A stretch of DNA of 63,377 bases, counting the filler, from Octopus bimaculoides (Eukaryota): NCBI RefSeq assembly GCF_001194135.2. It is 4 parts of 4 records of this genome, joined end to end, with 100 filler letters (N's around TTAATTAATTAA, not from the genome) between each part and the next. Parts side by side here need not be neighbours in the genome. Positions count along the whole stretch, not along the records: positions 1 to 20,287 come from NC_068996.1; positions 20,388 to 43,020 come from NC_069006.1; 2 more parts are not named here. One strand, given 5' to 3'. Below are positions 12,112-22,813 of the stretch, piece by piece. The position numbers and the translations under genes are program-made. How positions within the stretch are numbered: position 1 is the first letter of the stretch; each line of letters starts with the position of its first letter. Below the pieces are notes generated by a model. That model ran no database searches. It saw only the letters and a program-made list of their open reading frames with translations, and was not told the origin of the DNA.

Positions 12112-13122
12112 TGTAGTGAAACCTCTCTCTCGGGTATTTATTTACGAATGATAACGTAGTGGCTAACATCTAGCTTTCGGCCGCTTGGACCCTTGTGTCC
12201 ATCTCCCTGATTGGCCCTTATTTGTGCGGCATTTGTCTCCAGTTCTGTTTCGTGCCAGGGTGAACATCAACCAATCGTGGCCTTCTGTTAAGGTCACGTG
12301 AGAGAGTGTTTTTTTCTGCTGTTTCTTGAGCCCCTTTTTATCTATAAATAGTCCTGCTTCATCTATGCCAGTTTGTCTTCAATTTCAGACCTCTTACAGC
12401 TCTGGTCGTTTGACCACACACCAACCAGCCGGTTTCCAGCGACGACGTCAACACCACCGATCTACTGTCTACTACGATGTCATCGCCAGTGCCAACAACA
12501 CCACCAGAGTATACGCTACCAACAGCAAACGCGGTTCCTTCTCAACACTGTTTGTGTGGATTGCTTCCACCTCGAAAATAACAGCCAGAACAACCTGCGA
12601 GAATCTTCTGTATTCAAGTAACCAGTCACAGCATCAACACTCAACTTCACACACAACATGTGACACCTCAGCTCTGCTATTTGGCCATGACTTCTTGTGT
12701 ACGGACATTCTACCTACTGTGTAACTCTTCTATGAACTGGTGTTTCTCTATCTTTGTGTTCAGGACTCTTATAGTCTGTTACAGACTCTTATTCCATGTA
12801 CTGTATTTCTCATTCACATACACACACATATTATTGTATACACACTCTTGTACATGAAGGTCTGTCTTATGTATTATATTACTTATACTGCCGCATGCAT
12901 GCACACACAGACACACAGTTCACTATGCTAATAAACTTACTCTTTATATATATCTAACGGTTGTGTCTCTGTCTCTCACTTTCCTTGCTGGCACTTGCTC
13001 GCATTTCACATGCGAGCCCTCTTATGTCATATTATATGTTTTGTGTCGACCGTGCGACACGTTAAAAGGAGCCTGCTTCCATACGTTGCCATTCTCCTTG
13101 GTTCGCACGGTTGTTCTCTACA
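12112..13122 (+). mobile_element. Solo LTR (Gypsy-like), 1011 bp
   Basis: TGTAG...CTACA termini, 4-bp TSD ATAT (12108-12111 and 13123-13126), TATAAATA at 12343, AATAAA at 12930. Confidence 0.85.
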
Positions 13123-13296
13123 ATATCATATGTTTTTATATATTTTATATTTTATTTTAATTGTACATTCTTTATGTTTCCCCAATGTAATTGCATGTCC
13201 CTCTTTGTCGGCCCCTCGTGGGTAATAAAGAAATATATGCTGAATACATGGAGTGTTCGTCTGGTATGTTTATTTTTATGTGTCTTGACCATACAT

Positions 13297-13351
13297 GTAC
13301 TGATGAGTAAAAGATGCAGATTACTGCATTAATTACGAAATCATGATCTAC
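13297..13351 (+). ncRNA. Type I hammerhead ribozyme, family 1, copy 3
   Basis: GTA-CTGATGA-GTAA AAG ATGCAG ATTA CTGCAT TAA TTAC-GAAA-TCATGATC^TAC. Full core, stems I-III, AUC cleavage triplet. Confidence 0.88.
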
Positions 13352-13786
13352 CGTTCAGTCAGCTTTTAGGGGGCTAGCTTTGAGAGCTGCCATCCCTCGC
13401 ATTCGGTAAAAATATGTTTATTATGGTAGTTTGACTTTAGAGTCCCTCTTAACATGAGGCATTTATGTATAGTAATGCCCTTATATAAATAAACATATTT
13501 ATAGGGAATAAATGATAGATTTTTCCCTTATGAGGTTTTTTCACGCCAACCACTTGATAAATTCTCACAAAGACTTTATCCTATTATTGAATTATAAATA
13601 TAATCAGAATATATTCAGTGCTGAATTTTATTCTAAAAAAACTCATATCGAGATGCAATTCGAAAAGCCCGCCTGTTACATAGATATATAGGGATAAACA
13701 ATTTTCTATGTACTAGGCTGAATACATGGAGTGTTCGTCTGGTATGTTGATTTTTTTTTGTTTATTTTTGTGTCTTGACCATACGT

Positions 13787-13841
13787 GTACTGATGAGTAA
13801 AGGGTGCATATTACTGCATTAATTACGAAATCATGATCTAC
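13787..13841 (+). ncRNA. Type I hammerhead ribozyme, family 1, copy 4
   Basis: Same core exactly 490 nt after copy 3. Inner stem II is GTGCA/TGCAT (G-U pair). Confidence 0.88.
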
Positions 13842-14422
13842 CTTTCAGTCAGCTTTTAGGGGGCTAGCTTTGAGAGATGCATTTCCTCGCGTTCGGTAAA
13901 AATGTGTTTATTATAGTAGTTTGACTTTAGAGTCCCTCTTAGCATGAGACATTTATGTATAGTAATGCCCTTATATAAATAAATATATTTATAGGGAATA
14001 AATGATGGAGTTTTCCATTATGAGGTTTTTTCACGCTAACCACTTGATAAATTCTCACAAAGACTTTATCCTATTNNNNNNNNNNNNNNNNNNNNNNNNN
14101 NNNNNNNNNNNNNNNNNNNNNNNNNNNNNNNNNNNNNNNNNNNNNNNNNNNNNNNNNNNNNNNNNNNNNNNNNNNNNNNNNNNNNNNNNNNNNNNNNNNN
14201 NNNNNNNNNNNNNNNNNNNNNNNNNNNNNNNNNNNNNNNNNNNNNNNNNNNNNNNNNNNNNNNNNNNNNNNNNNNNNNNNNNNNNNNNNNNNNNNNNNNN
14301 NNNNNNNNNNNNNNNNNNNNNNNNNNNNNNNNNNNNNNNNNNNNNNNNNNNNNNNNNNNNNNNNNNNNNNNNNNNNNNNNNNNNNNNNNNNNNNNNNNNN
14401 NNNNNNNNNNNNNNNNNNNTAT

Positions 14423-14720
14423 ATCATTATCATCATTTAACATCTGTCTTCCATGCATGCATGGGTAGGACGGTTGACAGGCGCCCGCCAAGTAGAAGAC
14501 TAACCCAGGCTACTGTGTCTGTTTTGGCAGGGTTTTTATGGCTTGATACCTTTCCTAACACCAACCACGCTGTAGAGTAGAGTGAGTGCTTTTTACATGG
14601 CACAAGCACAGGCAAGGTCAATTTTGGCATGATTTTTGCATCTGGATGCTCTTTCAAATGCCAACCACTTTACAATGTGGACTAAATGCTTTTTATGTGG
14701 CACCAGTACTGGTAGAGTCA
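14423..14720 (-). mobile_element. Family R retroposon, diverged
   Basis: CATCATTTAACATCTG...TTCCTAACACCAACCAC. Confidence 0.6.
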
Positions 14721-14924
14721 CCAAGTAACTTGCAAAACGAGGAATTTTGAGATGGGTGGGAGCATTTGAGGAGGGGAACTTGTGTCAGATGTTAAAAGGT
14801 TAGTGTGACAGAGAGATAGAGAGGCAGAAAAAGATATCAACATCAACATCGTTTAATGTCTGCCTTCAATACTAACATGGGTGGGCACACAGACAAAGTG
14901 CAAATTACACTAAAATTACATGAC

Positions 14925-15410
14925 TGAACAGTCCCATTCACCAGTACTGACAAAATTTCATCTGTCAGTATTATTTGTGCTTTTTGTAGCATTCAACATG
15001 TATATAAGATGTTTTCTATGGATGATTATTGCCACTTATGACACTGAGAACAACAAATCCAAATTAAATTAGATGCAAAAATTAATATGCTTCCATCAGT
15101 AATAGCTAATTGATACATGGCCCACTGATTTTTTTGCGACATCACTGACTGTTTAGTCAGTGATAAAGTGCATCTGTTCAACAAGTTTCAATCTTGCATT
15201 TAATGGTAGGGTCTCTATTGCTGATGAGGCACAAATTTTCTGAAATCAGGTAATACAACAATCCCATCTGCCAGTGCTGATGAAATTTCATTTACTGACA
15301 TAATCTGTGCTTTTTAGCACTCAACATCTATACAAGATGATTTCCCTGAATGATTACCACAGCTTTTAGCATTGAAAACAACAAATCCAAATTAAGTTGT
15401 ATGTGCAAAT
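14925..15410. repeat. Old diverged direct duplication (period about 330)
   Basis: TGTGCTTTT..AGCA.TCAACAT.TATA.AAGATG and AACAACAAATCCAA recur. Confidence 0.6.
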
Positions 15411-15696
15411 CAATCATCATCATCATCATCATCATTTAACGTCTGTTGTCCATGGTGTTAATTTGCTTCAGCTTTATATTACACTAGCAGAGGCACCCGG
15501 AGTTGCTCGGGAATGAAATTGTTGCTTATATACTTGAAGAAAAAAAGGCAAAATATGCTGTATAGAAATTTGAGGACATTCTGTAGATGGACTCTCAGAT
15601 GAATGATGGCTGGGCGCCTCTCATGAATGGGGAAAATTGAAGATGTGCCAAAAAGCCTCATTGGTACTTGGAAACTTTTACGAAAATTAAAATGGG

Positions 15697-15983
15697 GATC
15701 GTTGCCAGTGCCCCTGGACTGGCTCTTGTGCGGGTGGCACATAAAATACACCATTTCGAGCGTGGCCGTTGCCAGTACCGCCTGACTGGTCTTCGTGCGG
15801 GTGACACNNNNNNNNNNNNNNNNNNNNNNNNNNNNNNNNNNNNNNNNNNNNNNNNNNNNNNNNNNNNNNNNNNNNNNNNNNNNNNNNNNNAGTGTTGCCA
15901 TCCGGTTTCACCAGTCTTCAGTCAAATCATCCAACCCATGCTAGCATGGAAAGCAGACGTTAAACGATGATGATGATGATGAT
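15697..15983 (+). mobile_element. Family R retroposon
   Basis: Near-identical to 1-308 across a gap. Confidence 0.8.
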
Positions 15984-16169
15984 TAAATGAAAAAAAATGA
16001 TTTACGTGAATATCCTCAGAAGAGTAATTGAAATAAATGGCGATTGTGGAGCCCCCCCCCCCAACGCACCTACGCACGCGCACACGCATACACACGTGTG
16101 TCTTTGTAAATATGTTTGTATACATAATCCCAAAACGAAGGTGAGTGTGTGTGAAAGAATGCTGGAGAT

Positions 16170-19100
16170 CTTAACATATGCATGTGTGTATGTAGGTGTG
16201 AAGGTGTGAAAATGTGGGGATGGGAATTGGCCAGTGCTGGTGTGTGCGTGGTGGTGTATTGTGATGTGATGTGTTGTGTGATATGGTGTAGTGTGGTGTG
16301 GCATGGTTTGATATAATGGTGTTGGGAGGTGGGGGAGGCGAGAGAGGGGAAAGCATGGGTGCAGTGTGGGGATTGATTTAGGGGTATGTGGGTAGGTAGA
16401 GGTTGAGGTAGAGGTGGAGTATGTGGGAGAGGGTGTAGGGGTGGGTTGTTAGGGATGGGGTGTAAGGGATGGGGTGTGAGGGATGGGATGGGAAGGAATG
16501 GGAAAGTGGGGTAGGAGTGTGTAGGGGTGGACTTATGAGGGAGGGTTGAGGAGGAAGGGGAAGGTGGGTATGGGAGGAGGGAGAAGGAAGAAGGGAGGGG
16601 AGAAAGAGAGGAGTGGAGAGAGAAAGAGAGCAGGAGAGGAGAGGTGGGTGGGAGAAAGTAGGAGGGAGGGGAGAGGGGGAGAGAGGCAAGGGAGATGGGG
16701 AGAGAGAGGCAAGGGAGAGGNNNNNNNNNNNNNNNNNNNNNNNNNNNNNNNNNNNNNNNNNNNNNNNNNNNNNNNNNNNNNNNNNNNNNNNNNNNNNNNN
16801 NNNNNNNNNNNNNNNNNNNNNNNNNNNNNNNNNNNNNNNNNNNNNNNNNNNNNNNNNNNNNNNNNNNNNNNNNNNNNNNNNNNNNNNNNNNNNNNNNNNN
16901 NNNNNNNNNNNNNNNNNNNNNNNNNNNNNNNNNNNNNNNNNNNNNNNNNNNNNNNNNNNNNNNNNNNNNNNNNNNNNNNNNNNNNNNNNNNNNNNNNNNN
17001 NNNNNNNNNNNNNNNNNNNNNNNNNNNNNNNNNNNNNNNNNNNNNNNNNNNNNNNNNNNNNNNNNNNNNNNNNNNNNNNNNNNNNNNNNNNNNNNNNNNN
17101 NNNNNNNNNNNNNNNNNNNNNNNNNNNNNNNNNNNNNNNNNNNNNNNNNNNNNNNNNNNNNNNNNNNNNNNNNNNNNNNNNNNNNNNNNNNNNNNNNNNN
17201 NNNNNNNNNNNNNNNNNNNNNNNNNNNNNNNNNNNNNNNNNNNNNNNNNNNNNNNNNNNNNNNNNNNNNNNNNNNNNNNNNNNNNNNNNNNNNNNNNNNN
17301 NNNNNNNNNNNNNNNNNNNNNNNNNNNNNNNNNNNNNNNNNNNNNNNNNNNNNNNNNNNNNNNNNNNNNNNNNNNNNNNNNNNNNNNNNNNNNNNNNNNN
17401 NNNNNNNNNNNNNNNNNNNNNNNNNNNNNNNNNNNNNNNNNNNNNNNNNNNNNNNNNNNNNNNNNNNNNNNNNNNNNNNNNNNNNNNNNNNNNNNNNNNN
17501 NNNNNNNNNNNNNNNNNNNNNNNNNNNNNNNNNNNNNNNNNNNNNNNNNNNNNNNNNNNNNNNNNNAGGGGAAAAGGGAGGCGGGAGATGGCAGGGCGGG
17601 TTCGGGGGAGAGAGCAGATGCACGGTCTATGGAATGTGCTCTGGCAAGGGTGGTGTGGATGGTGGTGAGGGGATATCCCCATAGGATGAAGTGGCGAGCC
17701 ATAAGTTGAGACTGAGTCTCAAGGTCATGGTTGTCACTACAGAGCCTGCGTAGACGGAAGAATTGGGAATAGGGGACGGAAAGCTTGGTATGTTTAGGGT
17801 GGGAGGAGGTGAAGTTGAGATAAGAGTGTGAGTCTGTGTGTTTGTAGTGGATGGAGGTGGTAAGAGTGGAGTGATGAATGCTGACCGAAATGTCAAGAAA
17901 GGAGACAGAGGTGTCAGAGATAATGCAGGAGAAGTGGAGGGCAGGATGGAAGGATTTGGCAAAAGAGAGGAACGAATCTAGATGTTCGTGGGAGAGTGAG
18001 GTGGCACCGATACAGTCATCAATATAATGGCCATATAGTTCGGGAGTAGGACCAGTGAAACTTGAGAATATTTGCACCTCAACATACCCAATGAATAGGT
18101 TCGCATAGTTGAGGCCCATTCTCGTTCCCATTGGCCACTCCCGAGAACTGTTGGTAGAAATCACTCGTGAACGAGAAGCAGTTGAGTGAAAGGACAAGTT
18201 TGGCCAGACGAACGAGTGTGGAGGTGTCGGGTTGTGGGTTGGGTCGGAGGTCAAGGAAATGTTTAAGTGCATGCAGCCCTTTGTCGTGAGGGATCACCGT
18301 GTAGAAGCTCTGGATGTTGAGGGTGAAAAGAAGCTTAGAAGGGCCAGGAGGGAAGGAAAAAGAGTTTGAACAAATGAAGCGCGTGTTGGTGTCATGGATG
18401 TGAGAAGGGAAAGAAGCCACTAGGAGGGTAAGGACACAGTCAAGGTAATTGGAGATAAGCTTGGTGGGGCAGTTACAGGATTGTTAGGTTTGTGGATCTT
18501 GGGGAAGAAGTAAATGGTNNNNNNNNNNNNNNNNNNNNNNNNNNNNNNNNNNNNNNNNNNNNNNNNNNNNNNNNNNNNNNNNNNNNNNNNNNNNNNNNNN
18601 NNNNNNNNNNNNNNNNNNNNNNNNNNNNNNNNNNNNNNNNNNNNNNNNNNNNNNNNNNNNNNNNNNNNNNNNNNNNNNNNNNNNNNNNNNNNNNNNNNNN
18701 NNNNNNNNNNNNNNNNNNNNNNNNNNNNNNNNNNNNNNNNNNNNNNNNNNNNNNNNNNNNNNNNNNNNNNNNNNNNNNNNNNNNNNNNNNNNNNNNNNNN
18801 NNNNNNNNNNNNNNNNNNNNNNNNNNNNNNNNNNNNNNNNNNNNNNNNNNNNNNNNNNNNNNNNNNNNNNNNNNNNNNNNNNNNNNNNNNNNNNNNNNNN
18901 NNNNNNNNNNNNNNNNNNNNNNNNNNNNNNNNNNNNNNNNNNNNNNNNNNNNNNNNNNNNNNNNNNNNNNNNNNNNNNNNNNNNNNNNNNNNNNNNNNNN
19001 NNNNNNNNNNNNNNNNNNNNNNNNNNNNNNNNNNNNNNNNNNNNNNNNNNNNNNNNNNNNNNNNNNNNNNNNNNNNNNNNNNNNNNNNNNNNNNNNNNNN

Positions 19101-20110
19101 NNNNNNNNNNNNNNNNNNNNNNNNNNNNNNNNNNNNNNNNNNNNNNNNNNNNNNNNNNNNNNNNNNNNNNNNNNNNNNNNNNNNNNNNNNNNNNNNNNNN
19201 NNNNNNNNNNNNNNNNNNNNNNNNNNNNNNNNNNNNNNNNNNNNNNNNNNNNNNNNNNNNNNNNNNNNNNNNNNNNNNNNNNNNNNNNNNNNNNNNNNNN
19301 NNNNNNNNNNNNNNNNNNNNNNNNNNNNNNNNNNNNNNNNNNNNNNNNNNNNNNNNNNNNNNNNNNNNNNNNNNNNNNNNNNNNNNNNNNNNNNNNNNNN
19401 NNNNNNNNNNNNNNNNNNGTAGGTGGGTTTAGCATATCAGGGAGGGAGAAGGGTAGTGGAGGGGTTGGGGTAGTGGCATCGGGTGTGATGGAATGTAGGA
19501 GTGAGTGAAGTTTGCAAAGTTTAGTGTCGGCAAGAAATTTATGAAAGAGATAATTTAAATGAATGATAAAGCGCAGTGTTGTGAGCATGGGATGGTGACA
19601 GAGAGGAGAAAAAGCTGGAGGGATAAGGCGGTCGATGGTATGAATTTTAGAGAGATTGGAGCGAATGGTGGCACGCATAAGGCGGTAGGAGGTGGTGCTG
19701 AGTATGGGTAGGATGGTGGTAGCAGAGTGGAGAGTGGGGTGGAAATGGAGGCAGTGATGTAAGCAGCAACTGAGAAGTGAAATATGAGTAATGAGAGTTG
19801 GATAGTTGGAAAGATCTGTAGTCTGGCATGATGGTAAGAGAAAAAAAAAGAAAAAAGGAGGAGAAAAAAGGAAAAAAGCGTGAGAAGAAAATATATGCGA
19901 GGTGGGAGGAAAAAAAAAAACAAAACAGAGAAAGAAACGAGGAAGATGGGACAATAGAGAGAAAAGGGGGAGTAAGTGAGAGGAGAGGACGAGAGGAGAA
20001 AAGAAATGGAGGGAGAGGGAGACAAAGTAACAGGTGCAGATTAGAGGAAACAGATTAAGAACATCCAGAGTACGAAGAGGCAGTAAGTAAAGGAAAGGAA
20101 AGAAAATATA
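16170..20110 (-). mobile_element. Penelope-like retroelement (degraded, gapped)
   Basis: RT motifs PMGTRMGLNYANLFIG, YGHYIDDC, SFLDISV, IHYKHTDSHSYLNFTSSHP, SVPYSQFFRLRRLCS at 17570-18520, with a frameshift near 18135. N-terminal part at 19420-19850. Confidence 0.88.
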
Positions 20111-20287
20111 ATAATTAATTCGTTTTATTGGCCACAAGGGCTAATATCAATTAAAAACATATAAGGACAAAAGCAGGACGAAGGTTACAAAAGGTTTTGT
20201 CCGAAAAGGTAGGAAAGTTCGTCTAAACAGAGGAAAGAAAACGGAGAAAGATATAATAAATAAATAGATAAATAAATAAATAGAACT

Positions 20288-20387
20288 NNNNNNNNNNNNN
20301 NNNNNNNNNNNNNNNNNNNNNNNNNNNNNNNTTAATTAATTAANNNNNNNNNNNNNNNNNNNNNNNNNNNNNNNNNNNNNNNNNNNN
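20288..20387. other. Synthetic scaffolding spacer 44N+TTAATTAATTAA+44N
   Basis: The identical 100-bp construct recurs at 43021-43120 and 58119-58218. Confidence 0.9.
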
Positions 20388-20783
20388 AAAAAGTGCCAAA
20401 AAAGAAAAATGTTGTGAAAGACAGACAGACAGACAGTTGGTGTGGATGAGGGTCTTGGTTGGGGAGGCACAAAGAAAATCCTAAAAATTTGTTGGAAGCC
20501 AAATATTGTATTTTTGTTACTGAAACAATCAATACACCAACAACAACAATGAAAAAGAAAAAAAAAACAGAACATTAAGAAATAACTTTTATTATTTTAT
20601 TTTATTTATTAAGTTTTGATTGTATGCTCTATTTGAAGGTGTCAGTAAAACAGAAAATAAATATTTGATTTATTGTCGGTGACGACAAGTTCTGCTTTGC
20701 CAAAATACATTATTGGTAAATCTTATTGACCTGTAGAGTGAAACAGTAGCATCAGAATGAAGGCAGCTTTTGTTTTACATACT

Positions 20784-21035
20784 GTCAGAAATAGCAGCCA
20801 AATCTCGTGCAAATTAAAGACACATTTGTTTGCAGATTTTGTTTCACATAGTTGTTTGACCTGTTAGAAATAGCAGCCAAATCTTGTGAAAATTGAAGGC
20901 ATATTTGACTGACTGTCTTTAATTTGCAGATTTTGTTTCACATAGTTGTTTGACCTGTTAGAAATAGCAGCCAAATCTTGTGAAAATTGAAGGCATATTT
21001 GACTGACTGTCTTTAATTTGCAGATTTTCTTTCAC
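20784..21035. repeat. Tandem ~94-bp repeat, about 3 units
   Basis: GTTAGAAATAGCAGCCAAATCT at 20863 and 20957, with a variant at 20784. Confidence 0.85.
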
Positions 21036-21835
21036 ATATATATCCAGCTCTTTCGAAATCTGTGATTTATGTGTATCTATGTAGACGTATATGTGTATGT
21101 ATATATGAACATCTATATGTGTGTGTGTGTGTGTGTGTATTGCTGATAAAACAAGTATTAAGTATAATTTAAGGTTGATTTATTGATTAGCCTCCCCCAA
21201 TAAATTTATGGCTTTGTGCCCAAGTGAAAAAGATCTATATTATTATTACTATTATAAGTAGTAGTAGTAGTGGGTGGGGAGGGNNNNNNNNNNNNNNNNN
21301 NNNNNNNNNNNNNNNNNNNNNNNNNNNNNNNNNNNNNNNNNNNNNNNNNNNNNNNNNNNNNNNNNNNNNNNNNNNNNNNNNNNNNNNNNNNNNNNNNNNN
21401 NNNNNNNNNNNNNNNNNNNNNNNNNNNNNNNNNNNNNNNNNNNNNNNNNNNNNNNNNNNNNNNNNNNNNNNNNNNNNNNNNNNNNNNNNNNNNNNNNNNN
21501 NNNNNNNNNNNNNNNNNNNNNNNNNNNNNNNNNNNNNNNNNNNNNNNNNNNNNNNNNNNNNNNNNNNNNNNNNNNNNNNNNNNNNNNNNNNNNNNNNNNN
21601 NNNNNNNNNNNNNNNNNNNNNNNNNNNNNNNNNNNNNNNNNNNNNNNNNNNNNNNNNNNNNNNNNNNNNNNNNNNNNNNNNNNNNNNNNNNNNNNNNNNN
21701 NNNNNNNNNNNNNNNNNNNNNNNNNNNNNNNNNNNNNNNNNNNNNNNNNNNNNNNNNNNNNNNNNNNNNNNNNNNNNNNNNNNNNNNNNNNNNNNNNNNN
21801 NNNNNNNNNNNNNNNNNNNNNNNNNNNNNNNNNNN

Positions 21836-22520
21836 TTTTCTTCCTTTCAGGGTCGAAATAAATGCCAGTTACGCACTGGAGTCGATATAATTGACTAACC
21901 CCATTCCCCCCCCCCCCAAAATTTTCAAGGCCTTGTGCCTACAGTAGAAATAATAATGATAATTATTATTATTATTGTTAAGGTGACAGACAAGCTGTTA
22001 GAATTGTTAGCATATTGGACGAAATGCTTTGCGGCATTTCATCTGTTTTTATATTCCGAGTTCAAGTTCTGCTGAGCTTCACTTTGTTCCTCATTCTTCT
22101 GGGGTTGATAAAATAAATACCAGTTGAAGACTGGGGACGATGTGATCGACTTACCCCTTCCCCCAAAATTGCTGGTTTTGTGCCAAAATTTGAACCCATT
22201 ATTATTGTTACTATTATTGTTACTATTATTATTATTATTATAGATAATATTAGGACTGCTATGACTCCTCAAATTTTGAACCCGTTGAAAATACTGAAAT
22301 ATCGTTCAGCAAATTTAATTATGGCACTCTTCTTTATTATCATTATTATTATTATTATTATTATTATGATTGTTATGGCAGTGAACTAGCAGGATTGTTG
22401 CTGTGCCGGTCAGAAGGTCAGAATGTTTAGTGGCATTTCATTCTGTCTTTACGTTCTGCTTTCAAATTTCGCTGAGGTCAGTTTTGCCTTTCATCCTTTC
22501 AGGGTCAACGAAATAAAGTC
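21836..22520 (+). mobile_element. Cluster of three diverged family B SINEs separated by (ATT)n
   Basis: GAGGTC.ACTTTGCCTTTCATCCTTTC.GGG central block recurs. Confidence 0.7.
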
Positions 22521-22678
22521 ACGGTCAGATGAATAACATTTTACACTTACCAAATTGAATTTTATCTTCATCGTTTATTTGTTTCAGTCTTTGGACTGCG
22601 GCCATGCTGCAGCACTGCAATAATTTGTCAAATTATATAATTTAACTTGATTTTTTTTCTTCCCCCCCCCCCCTCCAG

Positions 22679-22813
22679 ATGGAAAGTAAATTTACGGCCG
22701 AAATGGAAGAGCACAAGTTGAAGCTGGATAAAGAATACGACCTTCTTAAAGTTAATTTTAGTAAAGAATTAGAGAGGCTTGGTATAAAACATGCTCAGGA
22801 GTTAGAGAAACGG
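22679..22813 (+). CDS. tao: TAO kinase (TAOK1-like) internal coding exon, coiled-coil region
   Basis: Polypyrimidine tract + CAG acceptor, GTAAGT donor, 135 nt. MESKFTAEMEEHKLKLDKEYDLLKVNFSKELERLGIKHAQELEKR resembles TAOK1 LENKLKAEMDEHRLRLDK as recalled. Confidence 0.93.

Larger units (their letters stand above)
10562..13238 (+). mobile_element. ORF1-only (half-LINE) L1/Tx1-like retroelement with 13-bp TSD
   Basis: TSD GC(C/T)GAATACATGG at 10549-10561 and 13239-13251. ORF1-like frame with CCHC knuckle. No endonuclease/RT before the 3' stem-loop+AATAAA tail. Confidence 0.75.
13252..14075 (+). repeat. Tandem copies 3 and 4 of the ~490-bp hammerhead repeat (runs into gap)
   Basis: Head-to-tail junction TACTAGGCTGAATACATGG|AGTGTTCGTCTGG at 13711-13742. 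Confidence 0.9.

Noticed and set aside
13252-13729. The 490-bp AT-rich repeat as a NUMT, rRNA or snRNA array
   Set aside because: No recognisable mitochondrial rRNA, 5S or snRNA motifs. The hammerhead explains it better.
15221-15247. CTGATGA...GAAA at 15221, and similar hits near 15278, 23270, 40321 (-), 45598 (-) and 61927 (-)
   Set aside because: No convincing stem II and/or no GAAA-stem III-NUH arrangement.
20332-20343. Isolated TTAATTAATTAA palindromes (also 43065-43076 and 58163-58174)
   Set aside because: Always flanked by exactly 44 N on each side, so this is a synthetic 100-bp scaffolding spacer, not biology.
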